Assembly: GCA_965219345.1 (NCBI GenBank)
Contig: OZ244732.1
Span: forward strand, 1-64,000
Source: Nitrosopumilus sp.
GTDB taxonomy: Archaea > Thermoproteota > Nitrososphaeria > Nitrososphaerales > Nitrosopumilaceae
Length of the DNA: 64,000 nucleotides
Reading direction: 5' to 3'
This document shows, piece after piece, positions 20,683-31,469 of the stretch. The notes beneath the pieces were generated by a model. It was not told where the DNA came from. It saw only the letters and a program-made list of their open reading frames with translations, and made no database searches. Position numbers and translations under genes: made by a program. Within the stretch, counting starts at the first letter, position 1. Each line of letters starts with the position of its first letter.

Positions 20683-21780
20683 ATGTTGCCGGGAAGTTCT
20701 ATTGGCCAGCGTCTTGTTTTAACAAGTTTTGGTGAAAGTCATGGAAAAGCCATTGGTGCCGTATTAGATGGGTGTCCTGCAGGGTTAGAAATTGATGAAA
20801 AAGAAATTCAAAAAATGTTGGACCTAAGAAAGCCAGGTCAAAATCTTATTTCAACCCAAAGAAAAGAAGGAGATGTAGTTGAAATTATCTCAGGAGTTTT
20901 TAGAGGACATACTACTGGTGCTCCAATCACAATGATGATTTGGAACAGTGATCAAAAATCAAAAGATTATGAGGCTTTGAAAACAAAACTAAGACCAGGA
21001 CATTCTGATTATCCAGCTATGATAAAGTATAATCACTATAATGATTATAGAGGGGGGGGAAGATTTTCTGGAAGACTAACTGCAACACACGTTATGGGTG
21101 GAGCTATTGCAAGAAAATTACTTAAAGTAACGCTAGGAATTGAAACAAACGCATTCACATCACAAATTGGAAAAGTGAAGATGGAACGGGAATTTAATGA
21201 AAAAATGATTAGTTCAATTTATAAAAATGAAGTAAGATGCCCTGAAAACAAAACTGCGAAAATGATGAGAGCAAGTATTTTGGATGCAAGAAAGAAAGGA
21301 GATTCTCTAGGGGGGATAATTGAGTCAATTACAACAAATGTTCCAGTTGGATTGGGAGAACCAATTTTTAGTTCATTAGAATCAGATTTGAGTAAAGCAA
21401 TTTTTTCAATTCCATCTGTTAAAGGAATTGAATTTGGTTCAGGATTTAGAGGTTCAGAACTTCATGGTTCTCAAAATAATGACTTGTATACTGTTAAGAA
21501 AGGAAAGATAGTAACAAAGACAAACAATTCAGGAGGGATTCTCGGAGGTATTTCAAATGGAATGCCAATTACTATGAGAATTGCATTCAAACCAGCGTCA
21601 TCAATTGCACAAAAACAAAGTACAGTGGATATTAAGACCAAAAAAGTAGCAACACTTCAAGTTAAAGGAAGACATGACCCATGTGTCGTACCTAGAGCAC
21701 CACCAGTAGTAGACTCACTTGTAGCATTAACCTTAGCAGATCATGCGCTCCTTGCAGGGGCAATTAAGCCTATTTTATAA
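20683..21780 (+). CDS. aroC: Chorismate synthase
   Basis: FGESHG, RPGHSD, GGGRFSGR, GRHDPC. Confidence 0.96.
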   Translation: MLPGSSIGQRLVLTSFGESHGKAIGAVLDGCPAGLEIDEKEIQKMLDLRKPGQNLISTQRKEGDVVEIISGVFRGHTTGAPITMMIWNSDQKSKDYEALKTKLRPGHSDYPAMIKYNHYNDYRGGGRFSGRLTATHVMGGAIARKLLKVTLGIETNAFTSQIGKVKMEREFNEKMISSIYKNEVRCPENKTAKMMRASILDARKKGDSLGGIIESITTNVPVGLGEPIFSSLESDLSKAIFSIPSVKGIEFGSGFRGSELHGSQNNDLYTVKKGKIVTKTNNSGGILGGISNGMPITMRIAFKPASSIAQKQSTVDIKTKKVATLQVKGRHDPCVVPRAPPVVDSLVALTLADHALLAGAIKPIL

Positions 21781-21784
21781 GAAA

Positions 21785-23155
21785 ATGTCAGATATCAATG
21801 AACTCCGAAATAGGATGGACGAAGTTACTCTAGAAATGATAAAGTTACTAAAAAAGAGAACAGAAATTGCGAAAGAGATTGGAGAAGTCAAAAAGAATAT
21901 TGGAAAAGGGGTTACTGATGAATTACGAGAAGATAATTTACGTGAGAAAGTAATCGCACTATGCAAAAATATAGGATTTGATGAAACTATTGCAACAAAA
22001 TATTTGAATTTTCTCTTAAATGAATCAATAAAAGTTCAATCAACTAATAAACAGACACATCTCTCTATTTTTTTAAAAGCAAAATCACTTGAGCAACAAG
22101 GAAAGAAGATCATTCACATGGAAGTGGGAGAGCCAGATTTTTTACCACCGCCTATTGTTAAAAATGCATTAGAAGAAGTATTTGGCAAAGGGGTTCTAAA
22201 GTATGGTCATGCAAAAGGAATGCCAGCATTTAGAGAAGCACTTGCTAAATATATCTCAGATAAATTCAACACCAATATTACACAAGATAATGTTATAGTC
22301 AGTCCTGGTGCAAGATTTTCAATTTTCACTGCCATATCTACACTACTTAATCCTGGAGACGAGATGATCATAATAGAACCTGCATGGCCTGCATACAAAG
22401 ACTGTTCACTAAATGCTGGAATCAAAGTTAGAACCATCAATACAACTCTAGAAGAAAAATGGGAACCATCTTTGGAGCAGATCGAAAATACAATTAATTC
22501 AAACACAAAAATGATTGTGCTTAACTATCCAAACAATCCTACAGGAAAGATTCTTCCTGAAAAGTTACAAGATGGGATAGTTGACATGGCCAGAAAAAAT
22601 GACTTGTATGTGTTAAGCGATGAGATCTATTCACAATATGCAAAAAGTGGTTGGAAAAGCATTCTTAGATATAGTTATGAAAAAAGCATTGTTACTCAAT
22701 CATTCTCAAAATCCCATGCCATGACAGGATTCAGAATTGGATATGGTATAGCAGACACAAAAATTATCGAAAAAATGGCAAAATTGGAGGCATTATGCCT
22801 AACAAATGTATCAGAACCTATCCAATATGTAGCAATGAGAGCGCTTGAGGCAGATACTACCGATAATACTAATACAGTTCAAAGCAGACTAGATTTGTTG
22901 GTACAAAAAGCAAAAGAGATTGGATTAGATTTTGTCATTCCAGATGGGGCCATGTACCTTTTTGCAAGAGTCGATCAAGATGGATTTGACGGTGTTAAAT
23001 TTGCTAACAGTACACTTGAGAAGGGTTTAGCAGTTGCACCAGGCGAAGGATTTGGAAATTACAAAAATTTCATCAGGATTTCTGCATGTCAAGATGAGAA
23101 AATACTAATTGACGGAATGAATATACTGAGGGATATAATTACTGAGAAACAATGA
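21785..23155 (+). CDS. Chorismate mutase-class I/II aminotransferase fusion
   Basis: N-terminal LRNRMDEVT...KKRTEIAKEIG (AroQ-like), then GEPDF, NNPTG, DEIY, SFSKSHAMTGFRIG. Confidence 0.88.
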   Translation: MSDINELRNRMDEVTLEMIKLLKKRTEIAKEIGEVKKNIGKGVTDELREDNLREKVIALCKNIGFDETIATKYLNFLLNESIKVQSTNKQTHLSIFLKAKSLEQQGKKIIHMEVGEPDFLPPPIVKNALEEVFGKGVLKYGHAKGMPAFREALAKYISDKFNTNITQDNVIVSPGARFSIFTAISTLLNPGDEMIIIEPAWPAYKDCSLNAGIKVRTINTTLEEKWEPSLEQIENTINSNTKMIVLNYPNNPTGKILPEKLQDGIVDMARKNDLYVLSDEIYSQYAKSGWKSILRYSYEKSIVTQSFSKSHAMTGFRIGYGIADTKIIEKMAKLEALCLTNVSEPIQYVAMRALEADTTDNTNTVQSRLDLLVQKAKEIGLDFVIPDGAMYLFARVDQDGFDGVKFANSTLEKGLAVAPGEGFGNYKNFIRISACQDEKILIDGMNILRDIITEKQ

Positions 23156-24006
23156 AGAAAAAACTCACAGTTATCGGTGCCGGAGGTCAAATGGGACAAT
23201 GGTTTATAAAATATTTTGCAAGTAAAAATTTTGAAGTAACAGGTTATGATTCAGAAAACAAATTTTCAGGAAAAGATGTCTTAGAAGCAGAGTCTTTAGT
23301 TGGTGCGATTCTAAAGGCAGATTACGTTGTTTTATGTACGCCCACAAGAAGAACACCGGAGATTATTAGGTTAATTGCAAAAGAAATGAAAAGAGGCACA
23401 TATCTCATTGATATTTCATCTGAAAAATCTAAAGTGGCAGGATCATTATCTAAGATGCCAACTAAGATTAATCCAATTTGTATTCATCCAATGTTTGGTC
23501 CAGGGATAAAAACAATTAAAGGTCAAAATATTATTTCAGTTCCAATCAAAGATGCAAAAAATGAATTATCTGTTGCAAAATCATTGTTTGAAGGAGCAAA
23601 CTTTGTTACAATTGATGCAGCTGAACATGACAAAAAGATTGCAGTGATTTTAGGATTAACTCACATGGTGAATCTCGTCTTTGCAAAAATTATCTCAAAA
23701 GATGAAAAGATGCACTTGACAGACAAAATGTCTGGAACCACTTTTAGAGTTCAAAAGATATTATCAGAAAGCATAATGACCGAGTCTCCAGAACTAATTG
23801 AAACCATTATTGCAAACCCCGAGATTCGAAGATTTGCAGAAGAACTCTGGAAGGACATTGGAAGATTACTTACTGCCGTTCAAGAATCAAAGACAGAAGA
23901 GGTGATTAGCTACATCAAAGAGTGTCAAGAGAAACTCGCTAAGCATACAGATACCAATGAATCCTACAAAAAACTGACAAAAATGGTCAAGGCCGTTGAA
24001 AAATAA
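23152..24006 (+). CDS. tyrA: Prephenate dehydrogenase
   Basis: GAGGQMG, HPMFGP, EHD...LGLTH. Confidence 0.9.
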   Translation: MKKKLTVIGAGGQMGQWFIKYFASKNFEVTGYDSENKFSGKDVLEAESLVGAILKADYVVLCTPTRRTPEIIRLIAKEMKRGTYLIDISSEKSKVAGSLSKMPTKINPICIHPMFGPGIKTIKGQNIISVPIKDAKNELSVAKSLFEGANFVTIDAAEHDKKIAVILGLTHMVNLVFAKIISKDEKMHLTDKMSGTTFRVQKILSESIMTESPELIETIIANPEIRRFAEELWKDIGRLLTAVQESKTEEVISYIKECQEKLAKHTDTNESYKKLTKMVKAVEK

Positions 24007-24011
24007 CGGAA

Positions 24012-24416
24012 ATGCGTTCAACTAAGATAGTTACGTCTTTCATTAAAGATAATGACAAATTATTGATTTTAAAAAGAAGTGGTAAAGTAAAATCAATGAA
24101 AGGATTATGGGCAGGAATTAGTGGAATTATAGAAAAAAATGAAGAGCCTCTAAAAAGGGCAAGAATTGAGATTTTTGAAGAAATTGGAATAACAGAAGAC
24201 AAGATTACACTTGTTAGATCTGCAGAAGAGATGAGAATTAATTCTCCTCAATATGAGAATCATGAGTGGGAAATTTTTCCATTTTTGTTTGAAGCAAAAA
24301 ATCCAATAATTAAACTAAATTGGGAAAATTCTGAATTTAAGTGGATAAAAATAGAAGAATTAGAAAATTATGATACAGTTCCTAGTCTTCAAAAAGTATT
24401 ATTCAATCTGTTGTAA
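24012..24416 (+). CDS. NUDIX hydrolase
   Basis: SGIIEKNEEPLKRARIEIFEEIG Nudix box. Confidence 0.88.
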   Translation: MRSTKIVTSFIKDNDKLLILKRSGKVKSMKGLWAGISGIIEKNEEPLKRARIEIFEEIGITEDKITLVRSAEEMRINSPQYENHEWEIFPFLFEAKNPIIKLNWENSEFKWIKIEELENYDTVPSLQKVLFNLL

Positions 24417-25727
24417 ATTTTGATTTTCTTTTTCATACTTTTTTTGCTGTGGTAACATCATATAGACACAAGCACCACCACACATAGTACAAGGAACATT
24501 ATTTCCGGGGTGCTGTCCAGTTCGACTATGAATTTTAGCTGCTTCCTCAGGATCAATAGATAATGCAAGCTGTTTTTCCCAATCTAAAGTACGTCGGGCT
24601 TCAGTCATTTCCATATCCCATTTGATTACCTTGTCACGAATTTTTACAAGATCACCAGCATGAGCTGCAATTCTATATGCGATCAGTCCTGCTTTTACTT
24701 CTTCTACATTTGGTAAAGCTAAATGTTCAGAAGGAGTAAGATAACACAAAAGATCAACACCCTCACTTGCTGATACTGCAGCTCCAATTGCACTTGCAAT
24801 ATGATCATGGCCAGATGCAATATCTGTTACCAAAGGACCAAGAACATAATATGGAACATCACCAATTAGAGATTTTGCCAATCTAACATTTGCTGCAACT
24901 TCATTTAGTGGAACATGTCCTGGACCTTCAACCATCACTTGAATATCTTGTTCATGCGCACGTTTTGTTAATTGAGAGATATTGATCATTTCCTGAACTT
25001 GCAATTCATCATGAGAATCCAAAATTGAGCCAGGTCTAAGTGCATCTCCAAGGCTAAATGTTACATCATATTTTTTGGCAATTTCAATAAGATAGTCATA
25101 ATGAGTCACGTATGGGTTTTCTTTGTCATGTTTTAACATCCATGCCGCAGTAATTGTTCCACCTTTACTTACAACACCACCATATCTCTGAACTTTCAGA
25201 ATTCTTTTTGCAATATCTTTTGTAATCCCACAATGAATTGTTGTATAATCAACTCCATCTTTTACATTGTTTTCAAATGCATTTAGATAATCGTCTTCAG
25301 TTAGGTTCAAAGGGTTTTTGTGAACCTCAACACCATAATTGTAGGCTTCATAAATCGGAACAGTTCCAAAAGTTATTGGAGCAACATCTAGAAGAGTCTG
25401 TCTTATTTTTTTAACATCACCGCCATCACTTAGATCCATCATTGTATCTGCATGGTATTTTACTGCAATCTTGGCTTTCTCAATTTCTTCTTCCAAGTTT
25501 ACATTTAGAGTTGAGGTTCCAATGTTGACATTTACTTTAGTTTTAAGGCCTTTACCGATTCCAACATTATGAATTTTTTGCGGGCGGATGTTATTACTTG
25601 GAATTATTATAGAGCCACGTGCAATTTTTGGAATTAACCAATCAAGTGAAACATCTTCATCTTTTGCTACTTGTTTCATTTCATCGGTAGCGACACCACG
25701 TCGTGCAGCAGTCATCTGAGTTGCCAT
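24399..25727 (-). CDS. thiC: Phosphomethylpyrimidine synthase
   Basis: KVNVNIGTS, SLGDALRPG, EGPGHVP, CYLTPSEHL, CTMCGGAC. Start placed at MATQM. Confidence 0.96.
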   Translation of the reverse strand: MATQMTAARRGVATDEMKQVAKDEDVSLDWLIPKIARGSIIIPSNNIRPQKIHNVGIGKGLKTKVNVNIGTSTLNVNLEEEIEKAKIAVKYHADTMMDLSDGGDVKKIRQTLLDVAPITFGTVPIYEAYNYGVEVHKNPLNLTEDDYLNAFENNVKDGVDYTTIHCGITKDIAKRILKVQRYGGVVSKGGTITAAWMLKHDKENPYVTHYDYLIEIAKKYDVTFSLGDALRPGSILDSHDELQVQEMINISQLTKRAHEQDIQVMVEGPGHVPLNEVAANVRLAKSLIGDVPYYVLGPLVTDIASGHDHIASAIGAAVSASEGVDLLCYLTPSEHLALPNVEEVKAGLIAYRIAAHAGDLVKIRDKVIKWDMEMTEARRTLDWEKQLALSIDPEEAAKIHSRTGQHPGNNVPCTMCGGACVYMMLPQQKKYEKENQNLQQIE

Positions 25728-25858
25728 AAAATAATCTATGTGTTTGCCTGATTTAAACAATCAAAAAAATTACAAAAACATTGATCGCACATAATTTCTT
25801 GTTGCTTTATTAAGAAAATTGATCGATCTTATATGTTATAATTACCATTTGTACTACT

Positions 25859-25957
25859 ATGAGATCTATTAGAGAATGCAAGCATTGCGGTAGAGAGTTT
25901 TTTAGTATGAAAGATGAATTTTGCTCTACTGATTGTGTTACTGAATCATCAACCTAA
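25859..25957 (+). CDS. 32 aa C4 zinc-finger micro-protein
   Basis: MRSIRECKHCGREFFSMKDEFCSTDCVTESST (CxxC...FCSxxC), directly upstream of thiDN. Confidence 0.6.
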   Translation: MRSIRECKHCGREFFSMKDEFCSTDCVTESST

Positions 25958-25991
25958 TAATCTAAATTAGTACTGAGAATAAGAAAAGGTT

Positions 25992-27290
25992 ATGAATTTA
26001 CTTTCAATTGGAGGTTCTGATCCTTCATCGGGGGCGGGTATTCAAAGTGATATCAAAGCTTTTTCATCATTTAATGCACACTGTTTAACTGTAATTACTG
26101 CAATCACTAGTCAAAATACTTCAAGCTTTGGCATGATTGAACCGGTATCACAGAAAATTCTAAAAAATCAATTAGAATCTGTAATATCAGACTTTAAAAT
26201 TGATGGAATAAAAATTGGAATGGTATACAATTCTCAAATTATCAAAGTACTACATCATCAATTAAAGAAATCAAAAGTTCCAATAGTTGTTGATCCTGTA
26301 CTTAAATCAACTACAGGCGGATCATTAATTAAAAATTCAGCTATCAAGGATTTTCAAAAATTTCTGATTCCTCTTGCCACAGTAATTACACCAAACAAAT
26401 TTGAGGCTGAAATTCTATCAAAAACCAAGATTAATGCAAAAAATACACCTGAAAAAGTTGCAAAGGTAATTCAAAGAATGGGTGCAAAAAATATTGTAAT
26501 CACAGGAATTGAAACAAAAAATAATCAGATATCAGATTTTGTGTTAGAGAAAAACAACAACTATTTTATTTCTGGGAAAAAAATTTTCAAAATTAATCAT
26601 GGTAGTGGATGCAATTATTCTGCAGCCGTAATTTTTGCACTTGCAAAAAATAAAAACATAAAAGAATCATTAAGATTTGCCAAGCAATTCGCCTACAATT
26701 CAATTAAAAATGCAAAAAATTTAGGAAAAGGTATTGCAATTACACATATTCAGGAATCGGATAAAATCAATTCAGAATTATCAGATGCAATTAACCAATT
26801 TGTAGAAATCAAAAATATCTACAAAAATATTCCAGAATGCCAAACAAACTTTGTATATTCCAAACAAAAACCCAAGTCAACAAAAGATATTCTAGGCATT
26901 TCTGGCAGAATTGTTAAAGCTGGAAAACATGCTTTGATCGCAGGCAATTTGACATACGGAGGTTCAAAACATGTTGCCACAGCATTGCTAATAATGAATA
27001 AAAAATACCCACAAATTTGCTCTGCAATAAATCTAAAATATCAAAACGTAACCATGTCAAAAATAAAAAAATCGAAACTAATAGTTTCTAGTTACGATAG
27101 GAGTCAAGAACCTAAAAGCGTAAAATTAAAAAGTTCAACTATTGAATGGGGAATTAAAAGTGCAATTAAAAACTCAAAGAAATTACCTGATGTAGTTTTT
27201 CATAAAGGTGATTTTGGAAAAGAACCCATGATAATAGTTTTTGGAGAAAATCCAAAAAATGTTTTGAAAAAAATTTTAAAAATTGTTTGA
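25992..27290 (+). CDS. thiD: Hydroxymethylpyrimidine kinase / thiamine-phosphate synthase ThiD-ThiN fusion
   Basis: GSDPSSGAGIQSD, TPNKFEA, HGSGC; C-terminal IPECQTN, GGSKHVA and GDFGKEPM (ThiN). Confidence 0.92.
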   Translation: MNLLSIGGSDPSSGAGIQSDIKAFSSFNAHCLTVITAITSQNTSSFGMIEPVSQKILKNQLESVISDFKIDGIKIGMVYNSQIIKVLHHQLKKSKVPIVVDPVLKSTTGGSLIKNSAIKDFQKFLIPLATVITPNKFEAEILSKTKINAKNTPEKVAKVIQRMGAKNIVITGIETKNNQISDFVLEKNNNYFISGKKIFKINHGSGCNYSAAVIFALAKNKNIKESLRFAKQFAYNSIKNAKNLGKGIAITHIQESDKINSELSDAINQFVEIKNIYKNIPECQTNFVYSKQKPKSTKDILGISGRIVKAGKHALIAGNLTYGGSKHVATALLIMNKKYPQICSAINLKYQNVTMSKIKKSKLIVSSYDRSQEPKSVKLKSSTIEWGIKSAIKNSKKLPDVVFHKGDFGKEPMIIVFGENPKNVLKKILKIV

Positions 27291-27347
27291 TTGAATCTAG
27301 TAAAAATCTATCCTTGAACATAAATAGCCACATCTCAAATAGGATTT

Positions 27348-28049
27348 GTGAAAGCAGTTATTCTTGCTGGCGGACTAGGAACAAGACTTCAACCATATAC
27401 AACATTTCGTCCAAAACCCATGTTGCCATTAGGTGAGAAGCCAATTCTAGAACATCTGATTGACTGGACAAGGAAAAATGGGATTAAGTCAATTGTTTTG
27501 TGTGTCAGTTATCTCAGAAAAACTATTGAAGATTATTTTGAAGAAGGTAAGAAATTTGGTGTTAACATAGAATATGCAACTTCAAAGAAACCACTAGCTA
27601 CTGCGGGTCAGTTAAAAACCGCAGAAGACTTGATAGACAATACTTTTGTTTGTATATATGGTGATTCAATTTTTAATTTTAATCTTAGGAATATGATAAA
27701 ACAGCACATTAAGAAAAAGGCATTTGTCACAATAAGTCTAAACGAATACAAAACTAACTTACCTTATGGTGTAATTGAGACTTCTAAAACTGGCAAGGTC
27801 TCAAGATGGAATGAAAAGCCAGAGATTAAAGCTAACGTAAACATGGGATGTTATGTAATGGAACCTAAAGTTTTGGATCTTATTCCAAAAAATAAACCAT
27901 ATGGAATGGATGATGTCATCAAAAAAGCTATGAATAGGAAAAAATTAGTAAGCAGTTTCATAACAAAGAAAGGATTTACAGATATTGGCAATAAATCATC
28001 ATATAAAAAAGCATATCAAGACTATCTGCAAAAACTTGGAAAGATCTGA
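27348..28049 (+). CDS. Sugar-phosphate nucleotidyltransferase
   Basis: KAVILAGGLGTRLQPYT..PKPM. Confidence 0.9.
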   Translation: MKAVILAGGLGTRLQPYTTFRPKPMLPLGEKPILEHLIDWTRKNGIKSIVLCVSYLRKTIEDYFEEGKKFGVNIEYATSKKPLATAGQLKTAEDLIDNTFVCIYGDSIFNFNLRNMIKQHIKKKAFVTISLNEYKTNLPYGVIETSKTGKVSRWNEKPEIKANVNMGCYVMEPKVLDLIPKNKPYGMDDVIKKAMNRKKLVSSFITKKGFTDIGNKSSYKKAYQDYLQKLGKI

Positions 28050-28057
28050 AAATAACA

Positions 28058-28495
28058 ATGAGTGAACCAATTATCAGAGAATTAAGAAAAGAAGATCTTT
28101 TGAATGGATTCCTAACAACACTTGATTCATTAAGACAAGCAAGTGATATTGAGCGAAATAAAGCTGAAGAAATTTTTGAGAAAATTAATTCAAACCCAGA
28201 TCATGTGATAGTAGTTGCTGAATTAGATGGAAAAATAGTAGGGGCAACAACACTTCTGATAGAAATGAAATTTATTCACAAGGGCGGATTAGTTGGCCAT
28301 ATTGAAGATGTTGTGGTGGATAAGAACTTTCAAGGAGAAAAAATAGGTGAAAAAATCATGAAATACCTTCTTGAATTTGCAAAAAATCGAGGTTGTTACA
28401 AGACAATTTTAGATTGCACTGATGATGTAAAACCATTTTATGAGAAACTTGGGTTTAAACACATTGCGAATGAATTAAGATTTGATCACATCTAG
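28058..28495 (+). CDS. GNAT acetyltransferase (glucosamine-6-phosphate N-acetyltransferase-like)
   Basis: KFIH.GG.VGHIEDVVV, GCYKTILDC, FYEKLGF. Confidence 0.88.
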   Translation: MSEPIIRELRKEDLLNGFLTTLDSLRQASDIERNKAEEIFEKINSNPDHVIVVAELDGKIVGATTLLIEMKFIHKGGLVGHIEDVVVDKNFQGEKIGEKIMKYLLEFAKNRGCYKTILDCTDDVKPFYEKLGFKHIANELRFDHI

Positions 28496-28932
28496 AAGAA
28501 TTGTTTTTTAGGGCGCTTCTTTCTCTCCTTCATTAAATAAGATCCAATAACCATAACAGGAATAGATAATGCCATAAATAAAATTGGTAAATACTTTACT
28601 GCATCTGTAATATAATTATCATCGATTTTATCTATCATGGAATAACAAACAAACATTCCTGCCAACATAATTATCCCACCTACAATAATCATTCCACCAA
28701 TTTGTTTTGAACCATATTGTTTGGACGTGATAAAGGCAACTCCAGTTAAAATTCCAGCTGGTGCAAAACCCATTGAAATAAACTGAAATATTTTTGCATC
28801 AGCTGAAAATGATCTTAAAAATGCATCATCTTCAGGAATGTTAATCATAAAGTTGTAGGCTGTAATCATTAACGCTGAAAACAATACAAAGAAAACAACG
28901 CTGCCAATTGCAGACCATTTCTCAAGCGCCAT
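28492..28932 (-). CDS. Four-TM membrane protein
   Basis: 146 aa hydrophobic ORF with a basic C-terminal tail. Confidence 0.75.
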   Translation of the reverse strand: MALEKWSAIGSVVFFVLFSALMITAYNFMINIPEDDAFLRSFSADAKIFQFISMGFAPAGILTGVAFITSKQYGSKQIGGMIIVGGIIMLAGMFVCYSMIDKIDDNYITDAVKYLPILFMALSIPVMVIGSYLMKERKKRPKKQFF

Positions 28933-28974
28933 AATTTTAGCAAATTTTAGTTAATAAATAAATCATTCAAAAAA

Positions 28975-29991
28975 TCAAGTAATTCCAACTAGATTAGCTA
29001 GTTCTTTTCTGCATGCTGCACCAAGTTTTTCTGCAGCTTGCTCAGGAGAAACATCATTTAAGAAAATTCCATATCCACGTTCTAATCCAGACCAAGATTT
29101 AGTGATGGGGTAAATTTCAATATGCCAATGAATTTGCCTACTGTTCTTCTTTTCAGGAGAAAGATGGAATACTAAATTATATGAAACATTTTTAACGGCT
29201 TTTGAAAGGCCGCCCAAAGTTGACCTTAGAATTAATGATAAATCATTGATTTCTTTTTGAGTAATTTTTGAGAAACTAGTGGTGTGTTTTTTGGGAGAAA
29301 TCCAAAATTCGTATGGGTAAGAGGGGGACCATGGACAAAATGCAATAAATCCCTCTGTTTGAAGAACTTGTCTTGGGCCAGCAATCTCCTCATTCACGAT
29401 TTGGCACATGGGACAAACACCTTTTTCATTTAGAATTTTGTGTGAGGCTTCTGCTTCTTCCTCAATTACTGGCGGAATTGTAGAAAATGTTAGAACATGA
29501 AGGTGAGGGTGAGGGTTTGTGTTTCCAGCTAGTTCACCATGGTCACCATAAATCGAGACATAAGTAACCCCTTTTTGTGTATAAAGCCATCTTAATCTAT
29601 CTTGAACAACAACAAGGACATTGGACCATTGTTCAGAATCAATTGTTGCAAATGTATCTTTTTTGTTTGGTGATGCAACCACAATGTAATGATAACCATA
29701 TGCAGGTTCGCTATAGAAAGGTCTATCACTGTAAGAGTTTTCAGTCTCTATTGAGACAATTGGGTTCTTACTTTCAAAAACTCGAATTGACCAATCCTTT
29801 ACATATTCATCTTCATTATCTTGAAGACGTTGTAACATTCCATCTTTTGTAACAAGGGATAAAACAGAAGGGTTAGTCATAGATTCATTACCAGGAGCAA
29901 AAGGAAATTTGTTAGGGTCAACAACTTTATCATCTTTTTTTGAAACAATCATGAAGCGCTCAGAAACATAACCTTTGCGCATATCTCCCAT
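28975..29991 (-). CDS. galT: Galactose-1-phosphate uridylyltransferase-like (GalT/HIT) protein
   Basis: PFAPGNE, HPHLH, CPMC, HWHIEIYP, GLERG. Confidence 0.8.
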   Translation of the reverse strand: MGDMRKGYVSERFMIVSKKDDKVVDPNKFPFAPGNESMTNPSVLSLVTKDGMLQRLQDNEDEYVKDWSIRVFESKNPIVSIETENSYSDRPFYSEPAYGYHYIVVASPNKKDTFATIDSEQWSNVLVVVQDRLRWLYTQKGVTYVSIYGDHGELAGNTNPHPHLHVLTFSTIPPVIEEEAEASHKILNEKGVCPMCQIVNEEIAGPRQVLQTEGFIAFCPWSPSYPYEFWISPKKHTTSFSKITQKEINDLSLILRSTLGGLSKAVKNVSYNLVFHLSPEKKNSRQIHWHIEIYPITKSWSGLERGYGIFLNDVSPEQAAEKLGAACRKELANLVGIT

Positions 29992-30182
29992 AATTATTAT
30001 TGGAAGTAAATGGATGTTAAAATGTTTACTAACGTCTAATTAAATCAAAAATAAAAAAATTATATTAAAATTTTCATGAGATTAGGAAAATCTTACATCA
30101 AAAATGCATATTTTATTTTGATCGCATGTTTTGGTGTAAGCTTTAAAGGAAAGCATCAGATCTTGAATGAACAGGGAATGCT

Positions 30183-31469
30183 ATGGATAATTCAAATGTT
30201 CATATGATTTACGTTCTTTTAGACGGAGTTGGAGACCTTCCGCATCCAGATTTAGATGGAAAAACACCATTAGAGGCTGCAAATACACCAACTTTAGATA
30301 AAATTGCCAGTAACGGGACAATAGGAGAAGTAATTTCTGTGGGAAAAGGAATTGCACCCGAATCAGACATTGCTGTTTTCAATATGTTAGGATACAAATT
30401 AAATCATACTGATTATGTTGGTCGTGGAGTGATTGAAGCCATAGGAATTGGAATTGACTTTAAGGACGGAGATTTAGCACTAAGAGGAAATTATTCTACA
30501 TTAAACAAAGAAGGAGTAATCATAGATAGAAGAGCTGGAAGACATATTGAAAGAGAAGATGCAGATGGGATAGCTAAAGAAATTAAAGAAAAGATCAAAT
30601 TTTCACATCCTGATACGTCAGTCGTAGTTTCTCCGACAATTGGACATAGAGTAACTGTTAGAATTAGAGTAAATTCTAGAAAACTATCTGCAAAAATTAC
30701 CAATACAGATCCAGCATATAGCAATATTGGCGGTATGGGAGTAGCAAAAGCTGTTGGGGATTTCTTAAAAATAGAAAAATGTTTACCTTTAGAAGAAACT
30801 GAAGATTCTAAATTTACTGCAAATCTAGTTAATGAGTTTTCAGAGCAATCAATCAGTATTTTGAAAGAGAGTGAAATTAATAAGAAACGACAAGAACAAA
30901 ACAAAAAACAACTCAGTTGTATTTTACTCAGAGATGCAGGCAATAAATATCCAAATGTGATTCCAATTAATGAGAAATACTCTATGAAATTTTCATGCAT
31001 AGTTGACATGCCAGTTGAGATTGGAATTTCAGAAGTTCTTGAGATGAAAACATTTGAAGCTGGCAGATTAACAGATTATGAAGAAAAAGCAAGAGTAGCT
31101 GCAAAAGCAATGGAGACACAAAATGCAATATACGTTCATCTCAAGGGACCAGATGAGTTCGGTCATGATGGAGATGCAATCGGTAAGATGAAAAACATAG
31201 AAGAAATTGATCAAAGATTCTTCAAAACTCTTGTTAAAAACATTGATTCAAGTAAAGTTGCAATTATCATTTCAGCTGATCATTCAACACCATGTATTTA
31301 CAAGGGACACAGTGATAATCCTGTTCCAATTTTAGTTTCAGGTGATTTCATTAAAAATGATGGAACAACAAGAGTGACTGAAGAGCAAGCTAAGAAAGGA
31401 AGTATTGGTTTGCTTCAAGGTGCAGAAGTAGTTCCAAAAGCTTTAGAATTAATTAAATCTCAAACATAG
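30183..31469 (+). CDS. apgM: 2,3-bisphosphoglycerate-independent phosphoglycerate mutase
   Basis: LDGVGD, TPLEAANTP, APESD, KGPDEFGHDG, ADHSTP. Confidence 0.92.
   Translation: MDNSNVHMIYVLLDGVGDLPHPDLDGKTPLEAANTPTLDKIASNGTIGEVISVGKGIAPESDIAVFNMLGYKLNHTDYVGRGVIEAIGIGIDFKDGDLALRGNYSTLNKEGVIIDRRAGRHIEREDADGIAKEIKEKIKFSHPDTSVVVSPTIGHRVTVRIRVNSRKLSAKITNTDPAYSNIGGMGVAKAVGDFLKIEKCLPLEETEDSKFTANLVNEFSEQSISILKESEINKKRQEQNKKQLSCILLRDAGNKYPNVIPINEKYSMKFSCIVDMPVEIGISEVLEMKTFEAGRLTDYEEKARVAAKAMETQNAIYVHLKGPDEFGHDGDAIGKMKNIEEIDQRFFKTLVKNIDSSKVAIIISADHSTPCIYKGHSDNPVPILVSGDFIKNDGTTRVTEEQAKKGSIGLLQGAEVVPKALELIKSQT

Noticed and set aside
15865-22506. Numerous antisense ORFs over the aro operon and other core genes
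   Set aside because: Shadow frames of well-supported genes with no motifs of their own.
21785-23155. Chorismate mutase-aminotransferase fusion as a novelty
   Set aside because: To my knowledge this is a regular feature of this lineage's aromatic operon; listed as a feature only.
25730-25990. TPP riboswitch upstream of thiC/thiD
   Set aside because: The region is AT-rich and I could not find a convincing TPP aptamer fold on either strand.
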